In this document: piece by piece, positions 9,766 to 18,900 of the stretch
Position numbering within the stretch: position 1 is the first letter of the stretch
How the letters are laid out: each line of letters begins with the position of its first letter
Assembly: GCA_900316675.1 (NCBI GenBank)
Contig: ONDR01000020.1
Span: 1,559-65,558 of the forward strand
Reading direction: 5' to 3'
Origin: an uncultured Bacteroidales bacterium
Lineage (GTDB): Bacteria; Bacteroidota; Bacteroidia; Bacteroidales; UBA932
Length of the DNA stretch: 64,000 bases
Notes under the pieces: generated by a model
Seen by the model: the letters and a program-made list of their open reading frames with translations, nothing else
What the model was told of the DNA's origin: nothing
Database searches by the model: none
Program-made: the position numbers and the translations under genes

Positions 9766-11208
9766 ATGGCAGACTTCAAGGCACTGGCAAAAGATACCGT
9801 AATTTACGGTCTCAGCAGTATCGTAGGCAGGTTCCTGAACTACCTGCTGGTGCCTTTATATACTTATAAGATATCTGCGGCAAGCGGCGGGTACGGCGTA
9901 GTTACAAACCTCTACGCCTACACCGCCTTGCTGCTGGTTCTTCTTACCTTCGGCATGGAAACCACCTTCTTCCGCTTTGCAAACAAAGAGGAAGAAAACC
10001 CTAAAAAGGTGTTCTCCACTGCCTTGTGGTCCGTACTTGGCGTATCGGCGGTTTTCTTTCTGCTGGTCTTCGCCTTCGTCAGTCCCATATCGTCCGCAAT
10101 GGGATATGCAGACCATCCTTCCTATATATGGGTCATGGCCCTTACGGTGTCGATAGACGCCTTTCAGGCCATATTGTTCTCTTATCTAAGGTATAAGAAG
10201 CAGGCCATAAAGTTTGCATCGCTCAAACTGCTTTTCATTGTATTGAATATCGGCCTTAACTTGCTTTACTTCCTTACTGCAAAGGAACCGCAGGTGGGCT
10301 ATGTATTCTATATCAACCTGTGCTGCACGGCCTTCATTACCCTTTTCTTTGCAAAGGAAATCACGGCTTTAAGGTTCGGTTTCGATGCCCCTCTGATGAA
10401 GTGCATGCTGCGCTACAGCTGGCCCATACTTATTCTGGGCCTGGCGGGCATACTTAACCAGACCGCGGACAAGATTCTTTATCCCATTGTCTGCCCCGGC
10501 GAGGAAGGCAAGGTTCAGCTTGGAATTTACGGCGCTGTGGTTAAGATAGCCATGATCATGGCCATGATAACCCAGGCCTTCCGCTATGCCTACGAGCCCT
10601 TCGTGTTTGGCAGCGTCAAGGATAAGGACAGCAAGGAAACGTACGCAAAAGGAATGAAGTATTTCATTATCTTCACCCTTCTGGCCTTCCTTGTGGTAAT
10701 GGGCTATCTGGACATTCTGCGCTACATTATTCAGCCTGGTTACTGGGAGGGCCTTAAGGTCGTGCCCATTGTAATGGCCGCAGAAATAATGATGGGCGTT
10801 TACTTTAACCTGTCCTTCTGGTACAAAGTTACGGACAGGACTATCTGGGGAGCTGTTTTCTCCGGTGCCGGCTGTCTTGTGCTGGTTGCCGTTAACCTTA
10901 TCTTCATCCCCAAATACGGCTATATGGCATGTGCCTGGGGCGGTTTCGCCGGTTATGCGGTTGCCATGCTGCTGTCTTATTTTGTGGGAAAGAAGTACTA
11001 TCCGGTGCCTTACGCACTTAAGGAGATTTTCCTTTATGTGCTTCTGACAGCCGTGCTTTATGGCGGTATGCTGCTTTCCGGCAGATATTTGGGCCCCGTT
11101 CCCCGTATTGCTGCCAACACCCTTCTGATAATTATATTTATAGGTTATATCGTTTGGAAGGATTTCCCGCTGCGAAGCCTTCCGGTAATTGGTAAGTATT
11201 TCCGATGA
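9766..11208 (+). CDS. Polysaccharide/oligosaccharide flippase (Wzx-like, MOP superfamily)
   Basis: LAKDTVIYGLSSIVGRFLNYLLVP N-terminus and many transmembrane segments. Confidence 0.8.
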   Translation: MADFKALAKDTVIYGLSSIVGRFLNYLLVPLYTYKISAASGGYGVVTNLYAYTALLLVLLTFGMETTFFRFANKEEENPKKVFSTALWSVLGVSAVFFLLVFAFVSPISSAMGYADHPSYIWVMALTVSIDAFQAILFSYLRYKKQAIKFASLKLLFIVLNIGLNLLYFLTAKEPQVGYVFYINLCCTAFITLFFAKEITALRFGFDAPLMKCMLRYSWPILILGLAGILNQTADKILYPIVCPGEEGKVQLGIYGAVVKIAMIMAMITQAFRYAYEPFVFGSVKDKDSKETYAKGMKYFIIFTLLAFLVVMGYLDILRYIIQPGYWEGLKVVPIVMAAEIMMGVYFNLSFWYKVTDRTIWGAVFSGAGCLVLVAVNLIFIPKYGYMACAWGGFAGYAVAMLLSYFVGKKYYPVPYALKEIFLYVLLTAVLYGGMLLSGRYLGPVPRIAANTLLIIIFIGYIVWKDFPLRSLPVIGKYFR

Positions 11209-13175
11209 AAAAGTTTCTGACCTCTTTTCTGGCCGCTGCTCTTGGCATTATTGCTTATGCGCAGACCGGCCCCGATGTCCTTATACCCAAGCCTGTATCC
11301 GCTGTTCTGTTAAGTGGCGAGGTTGGCGTGGACATCCCCGTAAAGAATGTCCGTGCCTCCGGCAAATTCAAAAAGGCGGTCAGGGACCTGCCGGAATATG
11401 CCCGCCGCGAGGCCTACAAGCTTACCGTTTCCGGCGGCAAGGCTACGGTTGAGGCGCTTTCAGAGGAAGGCTACTTCCGTGGACGCAAGACTTTGGAGTA
11501 CATGCAGCTTATGGCTGCGGACGGAAGGCTTCACTCCTGCGAGGTCTTTGACTATCCGCGCTTCAGCCACAGGGGCCTGATGTTTGACATATCCCGCCAC
11601 TTCCGCAGTAAACAGTTCATCCTTAAGCAGTTGGACCTTATGTCCCTGATTAAGATGAACTCCCTTCATATCCATCTTACCGACGATGCCGGCTGGCGCA
11701 TTCAGATAGACAAGTATCCCCGCCTTACAGGCTATGCCGCCTGGCGTCCGCAGGAACTGTGGAAAGACTGGGACCAGGGCGGTCACAATTATGCAGAGGA
11801 GGGGAGCGCCCCTGCCTTCGGCGGCTATCTTACAAAGGATGATATCCGCGATATCCTGGCCTATGCTGCAGAGCGTCATATTAACGTAATTCCGGAAATC
11901 GAGCTCCCGGGCCACAGCCTGGAGGTACTTAAAGCTTATCCGCAGCTGGCCTGCCTTGACAGTACCGGAACGCAGTCGGTCTTTACTTCTGACCTTTGCC
12001 CCGGCAGTGACGAAGCCCTTCAGATGTACAAGGATATTTTGGACGAGGTCCTGGAACTCTTCCCATCCCAGTTCATCCATATTGGTGGCGACGAGGCCGG
12101 CAAATGGTCCTGGAGGCACTGCCCCCGCTGCCAGGCCCGCATGAAAGAGCATGGCCTGAAGGACGTAGAAGAGCTCCAGAGCTGGTTTATTAAGCAGTTC
12201 GACGATTATCTCACATCCAAAGGACGCCGCCTTCTTGGTTGGAACGAGATTATGCAGGGCGGCCTGGCCCCCGGCGCAACTGTAATGTCATGGCAGGGAA
12301 CTGTTCAGGGCATAGAAGCCGCCGCTGCCGGTCACGACGTCATAATGAGTCCCGGCAACTGGTGCTATTTGGACCGGAATCAAGACAATCCTTTGGTAGA
12401 GGGCGAACTTGTTGGCGGCTACCTGCCTTTGGCCCGCGTCTATGACTACAATCCGGCCGATGGCTTCGATGATACAAAACATCTCCTGGGCCTGCAGGGC
12501 AACCTGTGGACAGAGCATGTTCCTACGGAAGAAAACTTTGAGTATAAGACTTATCCGCGTGCTTTCGCTCTTGCGGAGGTGGGCTGGACGCCTCAGGAGC
12601 TCAGGTATTTTGACGAGTTCCGTCCGCGCGCCGTCGCTCTGGCTGACTACATCCGCACGAAGGGCTACAATGCCTTCGACCTGCACACGGAAATGGGGGA
12701 GCGTCCGGAAATGAGCAAGGCTCTTGACCACCTTGCCAGGGGCTGCAAGGTTACCTATAACCTGCCGTACAGCAACCATTATCCGGCCGAGGGTGACGAG
12801 ACCCTGACAAATGGTCTGCAGGGTGGCTGGTCCTATGTCGACGGCCGCTGGCAGGGCTTCCTGAACGACCTTGACGTTACCGTCGACCTTGGTCAAAAAC
12901 GCCATCTGGGTTTTGTGGGAGCTCATTTCCTGGCAAATCTGGGCGTTTGGATTGGTTTTCCGGTAAAAATGCAAATCCTGGGTAGCGATGACGGTATAAA
13001 TTTTGTAGAAATCACTCAGGTCCTCTGTCAGGTAAAAGCATCGGACAGCGGCGCCATGTACCTGCTTTTGGGTGATGTCGTTAATGCCGATGCCCGTTAC
13101 GTACGCTTCAAGGCCAACCGTTCCGGCCGCCTGCACGAAGACTGGTTATTTGTGGATGAAATTATAATTAAATAA
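11205..13175 (+). CDS. GH20 beta-N-acetylhexosaminidase with C-terminal F5/8-like beta-sandwich
   Basis: DYPRFSHRGLMFDISRHF, HLTDDAGWR, catalytic HIGGDEA, LQGNLWTE; signal peptide. Confidence 0.93.
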   Translation: MKKFLTSFLAAALGIIAYAQTGPDVLIPKPVSAVLLSGEVGVDIPVKNVRASGKFKKAVRDLPEYARREAYKLTVSGGKATVEALSEEGYFRGRKTLEYMQLMAADGRLHSCEVFDYPRFSHRGLMFDISRHFRSKQFILKQLDLMSLIKMNSLHIHLTDDAGWRIQIDKYPRLTGYAAWRPQELWKDWDQGGHNYAEEGSAPAFGGYLTKDDIRDILAYAAERHINVIPEIELPGHSLEVLKAYPQLACLDSTGTQSVFTSDLCPGSDEALQMYKDILDEVLELFPSQFIHIGGDEAGKWSWRHCPRCQARMKEHGLKDVEELQSWFIKQFDDYLTSKGRRLLGWNEIMQGGLAPGATVMSWQGTVQGIEAAAAGHDVIMSPGNWCYLDRNQDNPLVEGELVGGYLPLARVYDYNPADGFDDTKHLLGLQGNLWTEHVPTEENFEYKTYPRAFALAEVGWTPQELRYFDEFRPRAVALADYIRTKGYNAFDLHTEMGERPEMSKALDHLARGCKVTYNLPYSNHYPAEGDETLTNGLQGGWSYVDGRWQGFLNDLDVTVDLGQKRHLGFVGAHFLANLGVWIGFPVKMQILGSDDGINFVEITQVLCQVKASDSGAMYLLLGDVVNADARYVRFKANRSGRLHEDWLFVDEIIIK

Positions 13176-13178
13176 GAA

Positions 13179-13913
13179 ATGAAAAAATTATTTATCGCTC
13201 TGATGGCCGTAGCTGTTGCTGCTGTTTCCTGTTCCAAAAGCGCGCCTAATGAGATCACAACCAATCACACTTGCACCTTTGATTTTTCAAATGCGGCCTC
13301 TGCTTGCGGCACTGACGGCTATTATTTCAAGCAGGCAATCGTTTCCAACGACGTATTCGCTTTCTGCAACAAGACTGACGATACCCAGACCCAGTTCCTT
13401 GGCGGTTTCGCCCTTGTAGGCCTTGCTGACGATGTTCTTGAAGAGGACCACGTTGCAAACCCTCTCTGCGTATATGGAACCGGATACAAGAACAGCCGCT
13501 TCTATGCTACATTCAAATACAGCAGCCAGATGCCGGAATACGACGGTTACTTCAGATATGCCGGTCTTGGCTACCTTAAACTTGGAGAGTGCTATGTAAA
13601 CAATACCAATCAGGTTGTTACAATTGCCAAACTTGGCCTTCCCGGTATTCCTCCTTTCGCAGAGGGCGACTATCTTAAGGTGAAAATGGTGGCAAAAGCC
13701 AATCTCAGTACTACCGATACCAAGTCAATCGAATTCACTCTTGCAGAGTTCAAGGACGGCAATCTTAATGTGATTGACGAATGGACCAGGGTTGATTTGG
13801 AACCTCTGGAGACGGTTGAGGGCCTGAAGATTCTTGTTCAGTCCAACAGGAACGACGTTCCTCTTATGTTCTGTATGGAGAATGTAACTATCGCCTCAAA
13901 GGTCAGCTATTAA
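13179..13913 (+). CDS. DUF4465-family lipoprotein
   Basis: Lipobox AVSC; C-terminal GDYLKV...IEFTLAEF...VIDEWTRVDL...FCMENV pattern typical of DUF4465. Confidence 0.7.
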   Translation: MKKLFIALMAVAVAAVSCSKSAPNEITTNHTCTFDFSNAASACGTDGYYFKQAIVSNDVFAFCNKTDDTQTQFLGGFALVGLADDVLEEDHVANPLCVYGTGYKNSRFYATFKYSSQMPEYDGYFRYAGLGYLKLGECYVNNTNQVVTIAKLGLPGIPPFAEGDYLKVKMVAKANLSTTDTKSIEFTLAEFKDGNLNVIDEWTRVDLEPLETVEGLKILVQSNRNDVPLMFCMENVTIASKVSY

Positions 13914-14400
13914 TCAGACCTTCGGGAATCCTCATCTGAAGGATTTCTGATTCGGGATTTACGGACAGTATCAGCTCTTCGTTAAGAGGCAGAAGGTACT
14001 GTCCTTTTTTTGTGCGAACCTCTATGCAGGGGTTGCCGGGAATGTCTTCTACTCCCACAATGGGGCCGACCTGAAGGCCCTTTTCGTCCAGAAGATTCCA
14101 GCCAATAAGGTCTTCCAGGCTTTCCTCTTCTTCAAGGTCGGGGTAATCCTCGGGGCGTACGGAAACGGCCCTGCCGCAAAGCTCTTCTGATTCGTCCAGC
14201 GTTGTGATGCCGGTAAGGCGTACCAGGGCTTTGCTTGTACCCTTCGGGTTGATGTTTTCAATAAAATAAGGAACCGGAAGTCCATCAAATTCGATGAATA
14301 CCGGTTCCTTTGTATCTATGTCCTGGGCGGAAAAACCTTTGAACCCTATGAGGAGTTCACCATCTGTCCCGTTGGACTTCAATACGGTGGCAATCTGCAT
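13903..14400 (-). CDS. rimM: 16S rRNA processing protein RimM
   Basis: LKSNGTDGEL, FDGLPVPYFIE, PRC-barrel C-terminus; directly downstream of rpsP. Confidence 0.9.
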   Translation of the reverse strand: MQIATVLKSNGTDGELLIGFKGFSAQDIDTKEPVFIEFDGLPVPYFIENINPKGTSKALVRLTGITTLDESEELCGRAVSVRPEDYPDLEEEESLEDLIGWNLLDEKGLQVGPIVGVEDIPGNPCIEVRTKKGQYLLPLNEELILSVNPESEILQMRIPEGLINS

Positions 14401-14407
14401 AAACAGA

Positions 14408-14962
14408 TTATGCCTCCTCTGCGGGAGCCTCAGCTGCCTCTGCGGGAGCCTCGGTAGCCTCTGCAGCTGCTTCCTCAGCAGCTTTGCGTGCAGCTTCCTC
14501 TGCCTCTGCTTTCTTCTTGGCGATAGCTTCTGCCCTAGCCTCGTTAACCTTTACCTCTGCATCGTGAGCGGCTTTCTTAGCCTCTACGGCAGCTTTGCTC
14601 AGGCCCTGCTTCTTAGCGGCGATCTTAGCGTCCTGCTCTGCCTTCCAATCTGCAAACTTCTTGTCAGCCTGCTCCTGGGTGAGAGCACCCTTTGCTACGC
14701 CACCCTGAAGGTGCTTGCGAAGGAGAACACCTTCGTAAGAGAGGATGCGGCGGGTTGTAAGAGTGGGCTGTGCACCTACGTTTAGCCATGCAAGCGCGCG
14801 CTCGCTGTCAAGAACGATGGTGGCAGGGTTTGTGTTGGGGTTGTAAGAGCCGATCTGCTCAATGTAACGACCGTCGCGCGGTGCGCGTGAGTCAGCCACA
14901 ACAATGTGGAAGAATGCGAAATTCTTCTTTCCGTGGCGCTGAAGTCTGATTTTAACAGCCAT
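14408..14962 (-). CDS. rpsP: 30S ribosomal protein S16 (long Bacteroidota form)
   Basis: [33 protein letters not shown]; Ala/Glu-rich tail. Confidence 0.97.
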   Translation of the reverse strand: MAVKIRLQRHGKKNFAFFHIVVADSRAPRDGRYIEQIGSYNPNTNPATIVLDSERALAWLNVGAQPTLTTRRILSYEGVLLRKHLQGGVAKGALTQEQADKKFADWKAEQDAKIAAKKQGLSKAAVEAKKAAHDAEVKVNEARAEAIAKKKAEAEEAARKAAEEAAAEATEAPAEAAEAPAEEA

Positions 14963-15026
14963 TGTGAATCTGTTTTTAAATGTAAATGTTTAACTAATAA
15001 TTCCTTTCCATCCCGTGGAAAGCCTG

Positions 15027-15034
15027 CAAATATA
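15027..15034 (-). promoter_or_regulatory. -7 element for rpsP-rimM
   Basis: CAAATATA on the plus strand reads TATATTTG on the minus strand. Confidence 0.55.
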
Positions 15035-15077
15035 CTACTTTTTCCCGAAACCCCGCACTTTTTCCTATTTTTTTGTT

Positions 15078-15099
15078 ATGCCCGGCCTCGACCGGGCAT
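15078..15099. repeat. REP-like palindrome, copy 1
   Basis: ATGCCCGG-CCTCGA-CCGGGCAT; a related copy lies at 19276-19297. Confidence 0.75.
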
Positions 15100-15127
15100 C
15101 TTTCCTGGCCTCGACTGTTGCCGAGGA

Positions 15128-15202
15128 GGCTCTCACGCCAGAGGGCAAAATGCCCGTGAAACTCACGCTCCCGGGCACATCACCCTCTGGCTTCACAGGC
15201 CC
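15128..15202 (+). repeat. GC-rich nested-hairpin repeat, copy 1
   Basis: 15138-15202 matches 63873-63937 at 63/65 nt; CCAGAGGG...TGCCCG...CGGGCA...CCCTCTGG. Confidence 0.9.
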
Positions 15203-15369
15203 TGCGCTCGCCTGGGCAACCGGCGGGCGCAAGGTGGGCCATTGCACAGAGCCCGCCGTAGCGCCCGACCGGTAGCCAACGAGCCGCGTTATGCGAGTTG
15301 GCGGTGCTGATCCAGGGAAGACTTTAACCCCATTTGCAACATAATTCTAATTCTCTGACAATACACACG

Positions 15370-15542
15370 CTACTTCCACGCCTCCCAAAATACACCCTTA
15401 TAACCGCTTAATTGTCAAGGCGTTGCAAAGGCAGAAAAATCGGGGTGTGGAAGTAGTGGAAAAATTATTCGTCTACTTCCACGGGGCGTTTTCTAAGCCC
15501 GTGATTTCTAGATAGTTGCAAAGTGGGGTGTGGAAGTAGTGG
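15370..15542. repeat. Alternating inverted/direct repeat array
   Basis: CTACTTCCAC at 15370 and 15473; GGGGTGTGGAAGTAGTGG at 15442 and 15525, which contains the reverse complement of the first motif. Confidence 0.85.
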
Positions 15543-15707
15543 TTGTTTCGTCCTAAAAATAATATCTGTCTCATCCTAGAAATAGTTTATTTATGGGGCT
15601 CCAGATTACATTATTTCACAAAGAGGTTTTTAGGATCAAAATGTATAGAAGGATAATTATTTAATACGTTTTATGAAAAAAACCTTGCTTTTTTGTAAGG
15701 GAATTGG

Positions 15708-15715
15708 TAATTTTG
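15708..15715 (+). promoter_or_regulatory. -7 element for the sORF and large lipoprotein
   Basis: TAATTTTG in an AT-rich region upstream of ATG 15773. Confidence 0.5.
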
Positions 15716-15772
15716 ATTCAATGTGTATTAACCACCACATTCTGTTTAGCATAATTAATATAACCTATAGCT

Positions 15773-15952
15773 ATGAAAACCAAAGAAAAGAGGAAAGACT
15801 ACGAGTCTCCTGAGGCTGAGAAGTATCTTATTCTCGTGCAGACGTGCATTTGTCAAAGCCCTGGCGGTGGCGGCTCAGAAGGAACGGGTGATGAACCCCT
15901 GATTCCTGAGCTGTTCGATGATGTAGAGGTATTTGACGATCTGTTGTTTTAA
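15773..15952 (+). CDS. 59-aa small ORF, not in the supplied track (MKTKEKRKDYESPEAEKYLILVQTCICQSPGGGGSEGTGDEPLIPELFDDVEVFDDLLF)
   Basis: Hand translation from ATG 15773 to TAA 15950-15952; lies after a promoter element and 12 nt before the next gene; YxSP...ICQS pattern. Confidence 0.7.
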   Translation: MKTKEKRKDYESPEAEKYLILVQTCICQSPGGGGSEGTGDEPLIPELFDDVEVFDDLLF

Positions 15953-15964
15953 CCATCAACTATT

Positions 15965-18900
15965 ATGAAAAAGATATTATTCATAGCAGGCCTTTTTGTA
16001 GCTATCACGGCCTGCTACCGCATAGAGGAGGAGAACTCTCCGGCGACTGAGACCAAGGAACTTACTATTACGGCAACCCGTGAAGCTCCGGATACCAAGA
16101 CCGAACGCCAGTCTAACGGAGACGTGTATTGGAGCCCCAGTGACGCCATAAGCCTGTTCTTCAGGAGCGGCACCAATGGCGGAAGCAAATTCACAGCACA
16201 GAATACAGAAGCAGTTCCTATTGCCCAGTTTAAAGGTACCATCGATGTTATATCCGGTGGTGGCGAGGACACTGGTGGCGAGTTCTGGTTCTGGGGTATC
16301 TACCCGTACTCAACAGAGAACAGTTGCGACGGAAGTTCCATTACCACTGTTATTCCGACCGAGCAAGTGGGTAAGGCCGGCACATTTGCGGATAATACGT
16401 TTGTTACGATGGCCAGGGCCAAGGGCTTGGAACTTGGCTTCTATAATGTCTGCAGCGGTATAAAGTTCAATGTTACCAGAGACGATATCAAGGAGGTAAG
16501 ATTCTGTGGCAATAATGAAGAGAACATCGCCGGTAAGATAAAGGCCGTATGGGATAATGCGGGCAAGCCGGCCATTCAGGAGTACGTTAATGGCAGCAAG
16601 GCGGTAAAAGTTATTGCACCTAACAGCGGTACTTTTGAGACGGGGAAGGACTATTATCTGGTATTTGCGCCGGAACTCCTGACCAAGGGCTTCACCATGA
16701 CATTGATCACCAACGATGACAAGCAGGGAGTATTCCTTTACACAAATGAGCGTCAGTTCAAGCGCGGTATTTTTGTGAATATCAGCAACCTCAATGAGCG
16801 CGTGAATGTGTGGGCCGATGCTGCCGCTGCCGCCGTTAAGCCGGTTACGGACGAAGGTGGTACCGTTGACCTTGAGATTCAGTCCGACACAGAGTGCCAT
16901 GCAGTCATTCCTGACGAGGCCAAAAGCTGGATAAGTGTACTTCCTGAAACCAAGACTCTGACCAATAAGGCAATAAGGCTGAAGGTTGAGCCGAATACGG
17001 GAGAAGCACGTAAAGCCATTGTACTAGTGGTAAATGAAGGCGGAACCGTAAATGAGCCGTTCTTGATTGATCAGCCGGCGAATCAAGAATATTTACAGGC
17101 TCAACTTACCAAAGAACGTGAGGCGTTGATAGCTATTTATAATGCGATGGATGGGGCTAATTGGCCTGATGGATATAATGATAAATGGTGCTCAGAGTCT
17201 CCTGTTGGGGAATGGGCTGGGGTTGGTGTAAATAGTGACGGGTTAGTGACCTCGCTATATTTAACTGGATTAGGAGAAGTGCCGTCCAACATACAACAAC
17301 TATTAAAACTTGAACAATTAACGATTAACTATTATAGTGGTAATAGTAATCATGAGATACCCAGTGCCATTTTTTCTCTTGAGAATCTTAGGTTCCTACA
17401 TCTTTATGGCGGCCATTTAATTGGAACAATCCCTAATAGTATTGGTAGTCTGGTAAACCTCAAGCATCTTGAGATAAACGAGTCTAAAATAAGCGGTTCA
17501 ATACCAGGAGCTATAGGCAATTTAAAGAATTTGGAGTATCTGGATTTACAATGGAATCAGTTATCTGGTGAGTTGCCTGAAAGTATGGGAAATCTGATAA
17601 AACTCCGACATATCATATTGCGTCGTAATCAATTAGGCGGGGATATCCCTATGTCAATACAAAAACTGCCAATATGGAAGTACGACTGGGGACGAATCAT
17701 TTCAGAGAACGACTTCAACGAGCAGTCGCTTTCAATCCCTGCGCCTACAATAGAGGGTGTGACAATGGAAGGAGTTAATATCAAATATAATGATAACACG
17801 CCGGGATACTTTGTTCTAATACAGTGGTCGGCACAGTTTGACGATTATTTGCATTCGCAGATTGCCGCTTTGAACCAAATGCTTTCCAAGTATGCCGGCA
17901 AAGTCGACTTTATGGGACTGTTGAGTTCAAGCCGAGAAGTGGACTTAGCTTCAGTTGAATCTTATGTGGCATATAATAGCATCATGTGGCCAAATATTTT
18001 TTGGACTCAAGAATCAGAAGTTATAGTAGGTCAGGAACTTGCTGTGGATGGAATAAGTCGCCATGAGTATGCAGCTCCATGCTTTCCAGCCATTTTTGTT
18101 TTCCATGAAGGAAAAGTTGTCTACTGGGATTTGGAAGTTTATGGTGGGGTTATGGGACTAGATGACTTTTTGTCTATTAATGTGTTGGGCGAACAGCCAA
18201 ATTATTATATATCTACAGACTTCTCTCACGATGGCGAGGCGACAACGTTGCAGCAGGCTACTTCCGGCAATGGCATTGACCTTGTGCTGATGGGCGATGC
18301 TTTCTCTGATAGGCAGATTGCTGATGGTACATACGATACGGTTATGCGAAACGCCATGACCGCCTTCTTCAGTGAGGAGCCTTACAAGTCATTCAAGGAG
18401 CGGTTCAATGTATCCTATGTGAAAGTCGTTTCCATGACTGAAGGCTATGAACATCCGGGTCAGGCCTTGGGTACTGGTTTTGGCACTGGAACATATGTGT
18501 ATGGAAACGACGATAAGGTCATAGAATATGCTCAAAATGTTGTTCCTGATAGCCGTATGGACGATGCTCTAATTATCGTCATGATGAACCGTGACTACTA
18601 CGCTGGCACCTGCTTCATGTACTATTCCACCGTATCTGGTGACTATGGCAGAGGTCTATCCATTGCTTACTTCCCGACAAGTAGCGATACTGATACCTTC
18701 AATGGCCTGGTATCTCACGAGGCTGGAGGTCATGGATTTGCTAAACTTGCGGATGAATATGCTTATGAAGAGAAGGGCGCAGTGCCTTCCGACGTAGTAA
18801 GCACAGCAAGAGGCCAGGAAGCTTGGGGCTGGTCTAAGAACGTCGACTTCACTGGCGATCCTACTCAGGTTAAGTGGGCTCAGTTCATTAGCGATACCCG

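Noticed and set aside
14410-14470. Short tandem repeat GCCTCTGCGGGAGCCTC
   Set aside because: It encodes the ordinary AEAPAE tail of Bacteroidota S16.
14294-14785. 163-aa Cys/Leu/Ser-rich plus-strand ORF
   Set aside because: Antisense shadow of the Ala/Glu/Lys-rich rpsP. The same applies to the many long antisense ORFs over guaB, susC, alaS and others.
14906-15310. ORFs across the GC-rich repeat (also 63725-63958), sharing the peptide PEGDVPGSVSFTG
   Set aside because: The shared peptide just reflects the DNA repeat; there are no start signals, and stop codons are rare in GC-rich palindromes.
15370-15542. Possible CRISPR mini-array
   Set aside because: Repeats are only 10-18 nt, alternate in orientation and have irregular spacing; no cas genes. 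I saw no CRISPR array anywhere in the window.
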